DNA of 44,497 bases from Burkholderiaceae bacterium. GTDB lineage: Bacteria > Pseudomonadota > Gammaproteobacteria > Burkholderiales > Burkholderiaceae_F. The position numbers were made by a program, and so were the translations under genes. The stretch's first letter is position 1. The number at the start of each line of letters is the position of its first letter. The notes under the pieces are model-generated. The model did not search any database. It saw only the letters and a program-made list of their open reading frames with translations, and had not been told where the DNA came from. Shown here piece after piece: positions 1 to 7,766 of this stretch. The stretch is from positions 1-44,497 of the forward strand of contig DATLZG010000062.1 in NCBI GenBank assembly GCA_035574095.1, given 5' to 3'.

Positions 1-80
1 CCGCCGGCGAGGGGCTGAGGACTGGGGCGCTTTGTATGGCCGCCCTCATCGGCGGGCGGCGGCCGGAACCCTCGCGGTAG

Positions 81-296
81 TCAGACCATCCAGTCGTCGT
101 CTGTGGGTCTCGCAGCTCCCCACGGCGGCAGAAGGTCAAGCTGGTACCGCTCGACATCGGCGGGTGTCACCTCTATTTCGGTGATCCGCAGGCCAGGTGC
201 CCCGGCCGCGTCTTTTTCCGCCTCTTCGCGGCTGAGAAACACATGGTCCCAGCCGAGGGAAAAGCCCTCCCTAGTGACCACTTCATACGCCTTCAT
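81..296 (-). CDS. hypothetical protein (71 aa)
   Basis: Track ORF. Its start overlaps the stop of the upstream ORF by 4 nt. No motif recognised. Confidence 0.5.
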   Translation of the reverse strand: MKAYEVVTREGFSLGWDHVFLSREEAEKDAAGAPGLRITEIEVTPADVERYQLDLLPPWGAARPTDDDWMV

Positions 297-553
297 AATT
301 GCCTCCTTTGCGCCCCTGAACCCCCGAGGCGCGGGTTGCCGGATTCCGCCTGCGCGGCAATGCCGGTAGCATCATTTAGCGCGTCGATTAGGTCTTGCCA
401 TCGGCGCGCGGGCGGCCCGAGCGTCGGCAGTGAATCGTCCAGGCGCACATGCCAGCCAATCTCGGATTTGACGAGGTCGCCTATGCGCCGGCCGTCGCGG
501 TAAAGCAGGCGGCGCCCCGGCGGGAGATGGCGTTGACGTTTTGTGTAATACAT
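293..553 (-). CDS. hypothetical protein (86 aa)
   Basis: Internal ATG (553) of the 134-aa track ORF, with GAGGAG about 10 nt upstream. The longer form would overlap the 568..789 gene. Confidence 0.45.
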   Translation of the reverse strand: MYYTKRQRHLPPGRRLLYRDGRRIGDLVKSEIGWHVRLDDSLPTLGPPARRWQDLIDALNDATGIAAQAESGNPRLGGSGAQRRQL

Positions 554-567
554 CACGCTACGGCTCC

Positions 568-789
568 TCAGCGCTTTAGGGTGCCGGAACCCGCCGGCGC
601 GGTAACCTCTAACTTCTTGGCCATCCGCCGTATCCGGCGGATGACCGATGGGGTAAGCGCGTGGCAAGTCGTATAACGACCTGCCACATTGTCCCAAACC
701 CGGACCGTGCCGTCATTATCGACGGCAACAGAACGGGTTTCGACGGGGAAGCTAGAAAAAAATTTCGCTCGAGCCTTAAAAATTTTCAT
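568..789 (-). CDS. hypothetical protein (73 aa)
   Basis: Track ORF with AGGAGAAAGG before the ATG. First gene of a three-gene minus-strand operon. Confidence 0.5.
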   Translation of the reverse strand: MKIFKARAKFFSSFPVETRSVAVDNDGTVRVWDNVAGRYTTCHALTPSVIRRIRRMAKKLEVTAPAGSGTLKR

Positions 790-870
790 GACCTTTCTCC
801 TGCGCCCTTACCTTCTTTCCTCTTGTACCCGATTCTGAATACAATGTATCACGTTATGAGGGAGAGCGTG

Positions 871-909
871 ATACCGTTCGTCTGATACTATGTACCATTC
901 ATCGGAAAG
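871..909. promoter_or_regulatory. Pair of 18-bp boxes (ATACCGTTCGTCTGATAC / GTACCATTCATCGGAAAG), putative operator
   Basis: Two direct copies 21 bp apart, upstream of the 789->81 operon. The same motif recurs at 1189-1228. Confidence 0.4.
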
Positions 910-911
910 TT

Positions 912-1112
912 CTAGGATCGATACCGCGAATCTGAGAGCCGATACTCCAGAAGATCGAGCAGCCGCTGAGGCATACGCCTAGCCGATTTGTTCGAGGTGG
1001 GCCGGCGCCAGGCGATGACGGCCCATACGCTGACGCCGAGCAGTTCCGCTACTCGCTGCGGACTGAGACTGTGACGGTCCATGAGGTCCTGGAGTCTGGA
1101 CTGTGTGCTCAT
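912..1112 (-). CDS. small helix-turn-helix DNA-binding protein (66 aa, XRE/Cro-like)
   Basis: The segment LSPQRVAELLGVSVWAVIAWRR looks like an HTH. ATG 1112 is preferred over the TTG at 1148. The gene is flanked by repeated boxes. Confidence 0.6.
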   Translation of the reverse strand: MSTQSRLQDLMDRHSLSPQRVAELLGVSVWAVIAWRRPTSNKSARRMPQRLLDLLEYRLSDSRYRS

Positions 1113-1188
1113 AGCCGAAATAGTACACTGTACCACCACGAAGCGCAAGCACGGCAGCGGCCGTTATAGAGTGGGTGAAATACGCTCA

Positions 1189-1228
1189 ATACCGTTCGTC
1201 GGATGACGTGGTACCGTTAGTCAGATGA
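1189..1228. promoter_or_regulatory. Pair of 18-bp boxes (ATACCGTTCGTCGGATGA / GTACCGTTAGTCAGATGA), putative operator
   Basis: Two direct copies 22 bp apart, upstream of the HTH gene. Same core as 871-909. Confidence 0.4.
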
Positions 1229-1247
1229 TTGTTCATAGGAAATTATG

Positions 1248-1319
1248 GTAACAATAGTAACAGTGGTAACATCCTAAGTTATTGATTCTTGGTCATGTTA
1301 CCACTGTTACTATTGTTAC
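1248..1319. repeat. Perfect 23-bp inverted repeat (GTAACAATAGTAACAGTGGTAAC ... GTTACCACTGTTACTATTGTTAC) with 26-nt spacer
   Basis: Arms at 1248-1270 and 1297-1319 are exact reverse complements. Each arm carries GTAAC three times at 9-bp spacing. Confidence 0.9.
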
Positions 1320-1418
1320 TACTTATCTATAGATGTACAGAATATATATATATGTACGCGCGCGCCTGCTATTCCCAGATCATTACGGGGTAATTACGGG
1401 ATAATATATAGACCCACG

Positions 1419-1453
1419 GTAACAGTTGTAACAGTAGTAACAACGCTCGTAAC
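1419..1453. repeat. GTAAC iteron-like array (four copies, spacing 9, 9, 12 bp)
   Basis: GGTAACAGTTGTAACAGTAGTAACAACGCTCGTAAC; same pentamer and phasing as the inverted repeat. Confidence 0.8.
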
Positions 1454-1622
1454 CCTCCGTGTAATAACAAAAAAATGTGTTACCTTCACATAACGGTTGC
1501 GTAGGGCGACCGCCGTTCAACGATTGTGCGACGCATGTATGGGGGTATAGGGGCTGTGTAAATAGTTCAGCCAGCACCAGCCTACGACTCTAGCGTGGTG
1601 GAATATTCCACGGCAGAGGGTG

Positions 1623-1651
1623 TTGAGATAATCACATCACCGGCGTATGGT
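1623..1651 (+). promoter_or_regulatory. sigma70-like promoter TTGAGA-N17-TATGGT
   Basis: Lies about 27 nt upstream of the first plus-strand gene (GGAG RBS, ATG 1678). Confidence 0.45.
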
Positions 1652-1677
1652 GACCACACCCGACTCTGGAGACTACT

Positions 1678-1986
1678 ATGAACGGTAACGGCGAGGCTGC
1701 GCGCGAGGAAGTCACACAGGGCGGAGACGCGCCGGCCGTGGCGGCACGCCGCCGTGCGATGGACGCGCAGCTCCCGTACGCCGCGCTGACGGCGGAGGAG
1801 CAGCTCGAACGCGTGCACCACGTGGTCGCGATGCTCGATCAGCGCGTCGCGATGCTGCAACAGCTCCTCGACGCGCTCACGCGCCACGCGCATGCGCCGG
1901 ACGGCACGCTGATGACGCCGCTCAAGCTCGCCATGGGCGCGATCCACGGACGGGCGCTTGGCGACAACCCCCAGGCCTGGTTCTGA
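1678..1986 (+). CDS. hypothetical protein (102 aa)
   Basis: Track ORF with GGAG 6 nt before the ATG and high GC3. Confidence 0.55.
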   Translation: MNGNGEAAREEVTQGGDAPAVAARRRAMDAQLPYAALTAEEQLERVHHVVAMLDQRVAMLQQLLDALTRHAHAPDGTLMTPLKLAMGAIHGRALGDNPQAWF

Positions 1987-2125
1987 CGCGCGATGGCGCG
2001 CGGGCACAAGCGGACCTCGAACCGCCATTTCGTGCCGGCCCCGCACCGGCGCCCCGACGCCCGGGCCGCCGCCGCCGCCGCCCTCGGCGCGCTCGACGTG
2101 GCACACCGCAGACGTCTACGCCGCG

Positions 2126-2362
2126 ATGCGCGCGCCCGCTGATCCCCGGTGCCCGCGCTGCGGCTCGCGCTGGCATCCAGACTGCGCCGATCCGGCCACC
2201 GCACGCGAGATGAGCCTCGCCGAACGCCTGGCGTGGGGGTTGGTGGTGCTCGCCCTCACCGTGGGGCTGCTCGCGCTCGTGGGGTGTGCTCACGTCAATT
2301 TCATGCTCGACGCCGGCGCGGACCGGGCGAACCAGTGGTCGGTTGGCTGGTGGCCACGATGA
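2126..2362 (+). CDS. hypothetical membrane protein (78 aa)
   Basis: Internal ATG of track ORF 1958..2362. Contains CPRC and the hydrophobic stretch LAWGLVVLALTVGLLALVG. The start is uncertain, and another frame (ATG 1993) also looks coding. Confidence 0.35.
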   Translation: MRAPADPRCPRCGSRWHPDCADPATAREMSLAERLAWGLVVLALTVGLLALVGCAHVNFMLDAGADRANQWSVGWWPR

Positions 2363-2562
2363 GCCGACTGCACGCCGCGGAGTTGTGTGACGCGCTGATC
2401 CGCGCTATCAACGCACGGCTGCACGCGCCGGCGCCGACGCCGCCGCGCCTGTTGGCGCTCGAGCAGCAGGCGCGCGCGGACTACGAAGCGGCGCTCTCGC
2501 GTTGGCTCGGCGGCCGGATCAGCGCGTTCCACGATGATGGCCGGCAGCCCCCGCAAGCGTGA
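2359..2562 (+). CDS. hypothetical protein (67 aa)
   Basis: ATGA overlap with the upstream stop; internal start of track ORF 2149..2562. Confidence 0.45.
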   Translation: MSRLHAAELCDALIRAINARLHAPAPTPPRLLALEQQARADYEAALSRWLGGRISAFHDDGRQPPQA

Positions 2563-3097
2563 GCGGCTCGACCGGCTCGCCGCACTCATCGGCGATCCGG
2601 CGACGTTGCGCGAGCTCTGCTGCCAGATCGCCGAGGGCACGACGGTGCTGGAGTGGTGCCGCGCGCACGACGTACCATACAGCGAGGTGAGCGCGTGGCT
2701 TGCGGCCGAGCCCGAACGGCGCGCGAAAGTCGATGCCGCGTTGCAGCTGCGCGGTGAGTATCTCTCGGAGATGGTCATCCGCAATCTGCGCTTGTACGCC
2801 GATGTCGACATCGCGCAGGCCTACGGGTCCGACGGTCAGCTGCTCCCGATCCAGCAGATGCCGGAGAGCGTCCGCCGCGCGATCCAGGCGTTCGAGGTCG
2901 TCGACCACGAAAACCCCGACGACGCGCCGTCACGCGGACCGACGCGCACGCGCAAGGTGAGACTCGTATCGCCCGAGCGCGCCGTGGAGCTGCTAGGCAA
3001 ATACCGGCGATTGTTCGTCGATCGCGTCGAGCACGGCGCCGACGAGTCGCTCGAGGAATTGCTGACGCGCTCGCGCGAACCGGAGCCGCCGGAGTGA
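2534..3097 (+). CDS. terminase small subunit
   Basis: 187 aa, directly upstream of the large terminase. The C-terminal ERAVELLGKYRRLF segment resembles the conserved Terminase_2 motif. Confidence 0.65.
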   Translation: MMAGSPRKRERLDRLAALIGDPATLRELCCQIAEGTTVLEWCRAHDVPYSEVSAWLAAEPERRAKVDAALQLRGEYLSEMVIRNLRLYADVDIAQAYGSDGQLLPIQQMPESVRRAIQAFEVVDHENPDDAPSRGPTRTRKVRLVSPERAVELLGKYRRLFVDRVEHGADESLEELLTRSREPEPPE

Positions 3098-3285
3098 CCT
3101 GCGTCAGCGTCACATTCGACCTGCGCGATGAGACTGCGCGCGTCGCGCTGCGCGCTTACTTGGCCGCAGCGCAGCGCCGCGGCGAAACCCTAACGGACGA
3201 ACTCGCGGCGTGTCAGGCGGAGCTAGACCGCCTGGACCGCGAACGGGTGGACGAAAAGCACCCGCCGTTGTTTCGTACGGTGTGA
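3094..3285 (+). CDS. hypothetical protein (63 aa)
   Basis: GTGA overlaps at both ends, with terS and terL. Confidence 0.45.
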   Translation: MTCVSVTFDLRDETARVALRAYLAAAQRRGETLTDELAACQAELDRLDRERVDEKHPPLFRTV

Positions 3286-4757
3286 ACCAACGCCGCGCCG
3301 ACGCCGCCCGCCGTCTTCGCGCTTGGCGCGAGAATCCCGTCCAGTTTGTCACCGAAGAGTTCAAGGTCGAGCCAGACGCCTGGCAGCGCGAACTCCTCAA
3401 GGTATTTCCGTCGCCGGATCCGGACAAGCGGCGCATCGCGCTACAATCGTGCGCCGGACCGGGCAAGACCGCGGCGCTCGCGTGGTGTGGGTGGAATTTC
3501 CTCGCGTGCTATGGCGAGCGCGGCGAGCACCCCAAGGGCGCGGCGGTGTCGATCACCGCCGAGAACCTGCACGACAACCTGTGGGCCGAGCTCGCCAAGT
3601 GGCGCGAGCGATCGGAATTTTTAACGCGCGCGTTCGAGTGGACCGGGAACCGTATCTTCGCGCGCGACCATCCCGAGACCTGGTTTATCAGCGCGCGCTC
3701 GTTCCCAAAAACCGCGAACGCCGAGGAACAGGGTCGCACGCTCTCGGGCCTGCATGCCAAATATGTGCTCTACCTGATCGACGAGTCCGGCGACATCGCG
3801 CCGGCGGTTCTGCGCGCGGCCGAGCAAGGACTCTCGCGCGTGGCGTGGGGCAAGATCCTGCAGGCGGGCAACGCGACAAGCCACGCCGGGATGCTGTACT
3901 TCGCGGCGGCGACGCAGCGCCAGCTGTGGCACGTCATCGAGATCACCGGCGACCCTGACGACCCGCAGCGCTCACCGCGCATCGACATCGAGTGGGCGCG
4001 TGCGCAGATAGCGACCTACGGACGCGACAATCCGTGGGTCATGGCGTACATCCTTGGCAAGTTCCCCCCGGGCGGCCTCAACCAGCTGATCGGCCCGGAC
4101 GAATGCCAAGCGGCGATGCGCCGGCACCTGCGCGAGACCGAGTACAACTGGGCCGCGAAGGTGCTCGGCGTCGACATCGCGCTCTACGGCGACGACCGCA
4201 CCGTGCTGTTCCCGCGCCAGGGCCTCGCCGCGTTCACGCCGGTCGTGCTGCGCAATGCCAAACCGACCGAGATAGCGGCGCGCATCGCGCGCGCGGCGGA
4301 GGCGTGGGACCCGGACGCGATACTGATGGACAACACGGCCGGCTGGGCCGCCGGCACGCTCGACCTGGTGCAGCAGGCGGGGTTGCGCGCGATCGGGATC
4401 GACTTCGGCGGCAAGGCGAGCGACAGCCGCTATTTCAACAAACGCGCGGAAATGGCGTTCGCCGCGTGCGAGTGGATCAAAAACGGCGGCGCGCTACCGC
4501 TGCTGCCCGAGTTCACGCGCGAGGCGACGGCGCACACGTACACGCTGATCGGCAGCAAGTTCATGATCGAGCCCAAAGAGAAGGTCAAGGAAAAATTGCA
4601 GGGTCACTCGCCCGACCTGTTCGACGGCTTCATCGTGACGTTCGGCCTGCCGATCGCGCCGCGCCGGCCGGCGTTGCTCGATCCCGTAACCGGTTTAGCG
4701 CTTGCCAACCCGCACACCACCGGCGATTACGATCCGTTCGACCCGAGCCGGTGGTAG
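3282..4757 (+). CDS. terminase large subunit
   Basis: Walker A-like CAGPGKTAALAW and Walker B-like VLYLIDESGD. The GTG at 3282 overlaps the upstream stop; the ATG at 3210 is an alternative start. Confidence 0.85.
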   Translation: MNQRRADAARRLRAWRENPVQFVTEEFKVEPDAWQRELLKVFPSPDPDKRRIALQSCAGPGKTAALAWCGWNFLACYGERGEHPKGAAVSITAENLHDNLWAELAKWRERSEFLTRAFEWTGNRIFARDHPETWFISARSFPKTANAEEQGRTLSGLHAKYVLYLIDESGDIAPAVLRAAEQGLSRVAWGKILQAGNATSHAGMLYFAAATQRQLWHVIEITGDPDDPQRSPRIDIEWARAQIATYGRDNPWVMAYILGKFPPGGLNQLIGPDECQAAMRRHLRETEYNWAAKVLGVDIALYGDDRTVLFPRQGLAAFTPVVLRNAKPTEIAARIARAAEAWDPDAILMDNTAGWAAGTLDLVQQAGLRAIGIDFGGKASDSRYFNKRAEMAFAACEWIKNGGALPLLPEFTREATAHTYTLIGSKFMIEPKEKVKEKLQGHSPDLFDGFIVTFGLPIAPRRPALLDPVTGLALANPHTTGDYDPFDPSRW

Positions 4758-4791
4758 ACCACGCCGGCGCCGCTGCACAGGCTCCGGGGTA

Positions 4792-4819
4792 TTGAGACTT
4801 CCCCGACACGTGGCATAGT
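4792..4819 (+). promoter_or_regulatory. promoter-like motif TTGAGACTTCCC-N10-CATAGTC
   Basis: TTGAGA, 16-nt spacer, CATAGT. A near-identical motif occurs at 23159-23186. It sits in the 70-bp gap before the GNAT gene. Confidence 0.4.
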
Positions 4820-4827
4820 CGCGCGCC

Positions 4828-5352
4828 GTGAATGCTGTACATCTGCCGGCCGACGAATTGGCGCTCGCCCGCGAGCGCGCGCCGGATCTGTGGCCGGAGA
4901 TCATGCCGCTGTTGCAGGCGCATTACCGCGAAATCGCCACGTTCCAGGACATTGCGCTCGACCCCGACGTAGACGCCTACAACACCGCCGAAGCGGCCGG
5001 CCTGTTGCGCTGCTTCACCGCGCGCCGCGGTGGTGTCATTGTCGGTTACGCGATTTTTTTAGTGCGCACGAGTGTGCACTACCGGCAATCGCTCCAAGCC
5101 GTGGAAGACGTGTTGTTCGTCGATCCCCGCTACCGCGGCACGCTGATCGGGTGGCGACTGGTGCGCTACGCCGAGCGCGCGCTTGCCGCCGAGGGCGTGC
5201 AAGTGGTCTCCCACCACGTGAAGCTCACGCATCCCGCGCTCGGCCAGCTTCTCGCGCGCTTGGGGTATATGCCGATCGAAACGATTTACGTCAAGCGACT
5301 CGATCGCGCCGTGACGGAGGAGCCGGAATTAGGAGATGCCCATGGGCCTTAG
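4828..5352 (+). CDS. GNAT-family N-acetyltransferase
   Basis: The segment VEDVLFVDPRYRGTLIGWRLVRYAERALAAEG fits the acetyl-CoA-binding motif A (Q/RxxGxG/A-like RGTLIG). The start could instead be ATG 4903 (GGAG upstream). Confidence 0.75.
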   Translation: MNAVHLPADELALARERAPDLWPEIMPLLQAHYREIATFQDIALDPDVDAYNTAEAAGLLRCFTARRGGVIVGYAIFLVRTSVHYRQSLQAVEDVLFVDPRYRGTLIGWRLVRYAERALAAEGVQVVSHHVKLTHPALGQLLARLGYMPIETIYVKRLDRAVTEEPELGDAHGP

Positions 5353-5671
5353 CGCGATGATCGGTATCGGCGGCGTCGGCTCAGGCATCGCGGCCGGAGA
5401 TTATGTCCTCGACCGGTTGGCCGAACCGCAACGCCGCGCGCAGGAGCAAATAAACGCGCAAATAGCCGCCGACCGTGCCGACCGTGAACGTACCGAACGC
5501 AATCGCCTCGCCCAAGAACAGGCCACGGCGCAACGTATCGCGCTCGCGCGCCAGCACGCTCAATTCGCTGCCCTGCGACGCGCCGTGGGGGCGCGCAGCA
5601 CCATCCTCACGACACCGCTCGGCGCGGTCGGTGAACCAACGGTGCAGCGGCAGACGGCGCTCGGGAGCTGA
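5336..5671 (+). CDS. hypothetical protein (111 aa), Gly-rich N-terminus and charged helical region
   Basis: Track ORF lying between the GNAT gene and the portal. Confidence 0.5.
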   Translation: MPMGLSAMIGIGGVGSGIAAGDYVLDRLAEPQRRAQEQINAQIAADRADRERTERNRLAQEQATAQRIALARQHAQFAALRRAVGARSTILTTPLGAVGEPTVQRQTALGS

Positions 5672-5676
5672 CGGCG

Positions 5677-7428
5677 ATGGCCACTCGCCCACCAGAGACC
5701 AAGCGCCAACGCTACGATCGCCTGTGGTCGTATCTGCTAAACGAGCTGAACAGTTCCTGGCGGCCACACTGGCAAGAGATCAACGACTACGTGAGCCCGC
5801 GGCGCGTGCGCTGGAACAACAGCACCGACCGCAACCGCGGCGAGCGCCGCAACCAGAAGATCATCGATGCGCACGGTTCGCTCGCCCTGCGCACCGCGAC
5901 GGCGGGGCTCATGGCCGGCGTCACGTCGCCCGCGCGCCCGTGGATGCGCCTCACCACGCCGGATCCGGATCTCGCCGAGTTCGGGCCCGTCAAGGAGTGG
6001 CTGTACACCGTCACGCGCCGCATGCTGGATGTGTTCGCTCGCAGTAATTTCTACAATACGCTGGGTCCGTTCTACCGCGATATGTTGGCGTTTGGCACGG
6101 CGGCGGAACTCTTACTCGAGGACGGCACCGACGTGTTGCGCGGATACGGGTTCCCGCTCGGGTCGTACGTGATTGCCACCGACGACACCGGACGCGTCGA
6201 CACGATCCTGCGCGAGTTCACGATGACCGTGCGCCAGATCGTCCGGCGCTACGGCCAACGCGATGACCGTACCGGCGCCGCGCGTTGGGACAACATCAGC
6301 CATCACGTACGCCAGCTATGGGACGGCGGTCACTACGAGAATCCGATCGAAGTCGTGCACGTCATCACGCCGAACGCGGACTACGACCCGCGTCGGCTGT
6401 CGGCGGCCTATAAGCGTTGGGCCTCGTGTTATTTCGAGAAAGCGTCGCGCGAATACATCGCCACAGACCGCGAAAAATTCCTCCGCGAAAGCGGTTTTGA
6501 CCGATTCCCGGCACTTGTCGGCCGGTGGGATCTGGCGTCGCACGACGACGTCTATGGATGGCCGTGTCCGGGAATGGACGCACTAGGGGACATCAAGTCC
6601 TTGCAGCTGTTGCAAAAGCGCAAGGCGCAAGCGATCGAGAAGGCGTATAACCCGCCGCTGACCGGGCCGGCGTCGCTGCGCACCACGCGCGTCAGCTCGC
6701 TCCCGGGCGACATCACGTACGAGGACGTGCGCGAAGGGCAAAAAGGCCTGCGCGCGATCTACGACGTGAAGCCGGACATCCAGGGTCTGCTGCTCGACAT
6801 CGACGACCACCACCAGCGCATTTCGCGGGCGTTCTTCGAGGACCTGTTCTTGCTGCTCACGCTGCGGCGCGACGACGACCCGCAGAAGACCGCGCGCGAG
6901 GTCGCCGAGTTGCACGAGGAAAAACTCATCATGCTTGGCCCCGTGCTCGACCGGCTGGACAACGAGGTGCTCGGGCCGGCGATCGATCTCACGTTCGACA
7001 TCATGCGCCGGTTCCCGGACCGCGAACTGATCCCCGCGCCGCCCGAGGAAATCGCCGGCGTTGACCTGCGCGTCGAGTACATCTCGGTGCTCGCCCAAGC
7101 GCAGAAGCTTATCGGGGTCGGGGCGATCGAGCGTTTCTGGACGAACGTGCGCATGATCGCCGACATCAGGCCCGACGCGGTCGACAAAGTCGACACCGAT
7201 CAGATGATCGACGAACTCGGCGATGAGATCGGCGTGCCGCCGCGCATCCTCGTGCCCGACGACAAAGTGGTCGCGATCCGCGACGCACGCGCGCAAGCCC
7301 AGGCCCGCGCCGAGAAGCTCGCCGTGCTCGCGCAGGCGGCCGCGACCGGCAAAACGCTCGCCGATACCGATACCGGTGGCAAGAATGCGCTGACCGATCT
7401 CGTGGCCGCGGCTGGGGGGAACGCGTGA
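5677..7428 (+). CDS. portal (head-tail connector) protein, T7/podovirus type
   Basis: 583 aa; position after the terminase; GGGAG RBS. The N-terminal pattern resembles the Head-tail_con family, from memory. Confidence 0.8.
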   Translation: MATRPPETKRQRYDRLWSYLLNELNSSWRPHWQEINDYVSPRRVRWNNSTDRNRGERRNQKIIDAHGSLALRTATAGLMAGVTSPARPWMRLTTPDPDLAEFGPVKEWLYTVTRRMLDVFARSNFYNTLGPFYRDMLAFGTAAELLLEDGTDVLRGYGFPLGSYVIATDDTGRVDTILREFTMTVRQIVRRYGQRDDRTGAARWDNISHHVRQLWDGGHYENPIEVVHVITPNADYDPRRLSAAYKRWASCYFEKASREYIATDREKFLRESGFDRFPALVGRWDLASHDDVYGWPCPGMDALGDIKSLQLLQKRKAQAIEKAYNPPLTGPASLRTTRVSSLPGDITYEDVREGQKGLRAIYDVKPDIQGLLLDIDDHHQRISRAFFEDLFLLLTLRRDDDPQKTAREVAELHEEKLIMLGPVLDRLDNEVLGPAIDLTFDIMRRFPDRELIPAPPEEIAGVDLRVEYISVLAQAQKLIGVGAIERFWTNVRMIADIRPDAVDKVDTDQMIDELGDEIGVPPRILVPDDKVVAIRDARAQAQARAEKLAVLAQAAATGKTLADTDTGGKNALTDLVAAAGGNA

Positions 7429-7766
7429 ACCGGCCACTAGTCGATCGGCCCCTGGTGCGTAACGCCGGCGACGCGAAACAGGTCGAGCGCGCGGGCGAGA
7501 AGGAGACGCGCCGCCACGAACGCGAGGCCGCGGATCTGACGGCTGTCATGAGCACGCCCGCCGGCCGGCGTTTCATCTGGCGCCTCATGCGCACCGCGAA
7601 CCCGGGCGTGCAGTTTACCCCCGACGCGCGCTACCAGGATTTTTTGCTCGGCAACGCCAATGTCGCGACCTGGCTCGAGGCCGACATCGAGCGTGTCTGC
7701 CCGGCCCTATACGACCTGATGCGCCAAGAGGCGCGCAAACGAACGGAGACCGACTATGTGGACTAA
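7425..7766 (+). CDS. conserved small head-module protein (113 aa)
   Basis: GTGA overlap with the portal stop. Possibly Bbp19-like, but that is recollection only. Confidence 0.55.
   Translation: MNRPLVDRPLVRNAGDAKQVERAGEKETRRHEREAADLTAVMSTPAGRRFIWRLMRTANPGVQFTPDARYQDFLLGNANVATWLEADIERVCPALYDLMRQEARKRTETDYVD

Noticed and set aside
1-80. Circular closure of the window, with the primase continuing into position 1
   Set aside because: Joining 44497 to 1 gives ...HAFKHG-AAGEGLRTGALCMAALIGGRRPEPSR-stop. This does not resemble the conserved VirE C-terminus, so the window is most likely a slice of a longer sequence.
1383-1577. 64-aa minus-strand ORF with a CYYCYNCY Cys/Tyr pattern
   Set aside because: The pattern is simply the translation of the phased GTAAC/GTTAC repeats in an AT-rich non-coding island. 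There is no RBS and the composition is implausible.
3210-3281. Longer TerL form starting at ATG 3210 (515 aa)
   Set aside because: This N-terminal stretch (MSGGARPPGPRTGGRKAPAVV) overlaps the 63-aa ORF entirely. The GTG at 3282 forms a GTGA stop-start overlap like many other junctions here. The longer form is kept only as an alternative.
4828-5671. GNAT plus downstream ORF as a GNAT-type toxin-antitoxin pair
   Set aside because: Known GNAT toxins have an RHH or DUF1778 antitoxin upstream. Here the upstream neighbour is terL, and the downstream 111-aa protein has no DNA-binding features. I keep it only as a remote possibility.
6583-7437. 284-aa minus-strand ORF opposite the portal gene; similar cases at 12485..13348, 14530..15348, 15361..16203 and 40275..41507
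   Set aside because: Shadow ORFs of recognisable plus-strand genes (portal, tubular B, internal virion protein, helicase/HNH). No RBS context and no motifs.
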